From Obrimoposthia wandeli (taxonomy: Eukaryota): a stretch of DNA of 64,000 bases. A model generated the notes under the pieces. The model saw nothing but the letters and a program-made list of their open reading frames with translations. It ran no database searches and was not told the origin of the DNA. Below are positions 63,850-64,000 of this stretch, piece after piece. Location: contig CDROCS010002968.1 in the NCBI GenBank assembly GCA_977020255.1, forward strand, positions 248,001 to 312,000, given 5' to 3'. The first letter of the stretch is position 1; each line of letters begins with the position of its first letter. The translations under genes were made by a program, and so were the position numbers.

Positions 63850-64000
63850 ATGATGAGTCAATGACGATAGGATCTTCTGCTTTAATTTCTTCGAAGTAAG
63901 TAATCAAACTATCATAATTTCTGACAATAGCCTCCAATGCGAAATGCCGGGATAGCCATCTGACTTCATTAAGTGGCTTAAAGGATATAGCCTCATTTTG
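63850..64000 (-). mobile_element. hAT transposase fragment running off the window end
   Basis: FKPLNEVRWLSRHFALEAIVRNYDSLITYFEE. Confidence 0.75.

Overview
AT-rich eukaryotic (animal) DNA made almost entirely of transposon relics. The very short introns (38-43 nt) and the TE spectrum are compatible with an AT-rich invertebrate such as a planarian, but that is inference. The dominant feature is a full-span, decayed Maverick/Polinton (adintovirus-like) element at 33042-47069. It has ~97-bp TIRs starting AGTAG and a perfect 6-bp TSD (TATTGG), and it sits inside an old pogo/Tigger transposase. It carries the core genes: protein-primed PolB, cysteine protease, major and minor capsid, integrase with chromodomain and packaging ATPase. 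It also carries unusual cargo that is visible only after reading through stops, frameshifts and tiny introns: a two-repeat TBP-like gene, two tandem paralogous SSB-like ORFs, a SERTA-like ORF, an AT-hook ORF, a DxE nuclease-like ORF, a spliced Zn-finger/acidic-repeat leader on PolB, and CCAAT-box clusters in its promoters. The rest of the window holds degenerate Tc1, mariner, DD37E, pogo, hAT, piggyBac, Chapaev3-like, Gypsy and LINE fragments, solo-LTR-like elements, a hAT MITE and one candidate host exon (Ig-like). No rRNA, tRNA or CRISPR was seen. All family assignments come from manual translation and motif recognition, not database searches. Coordinates of decayed relics are approximate.
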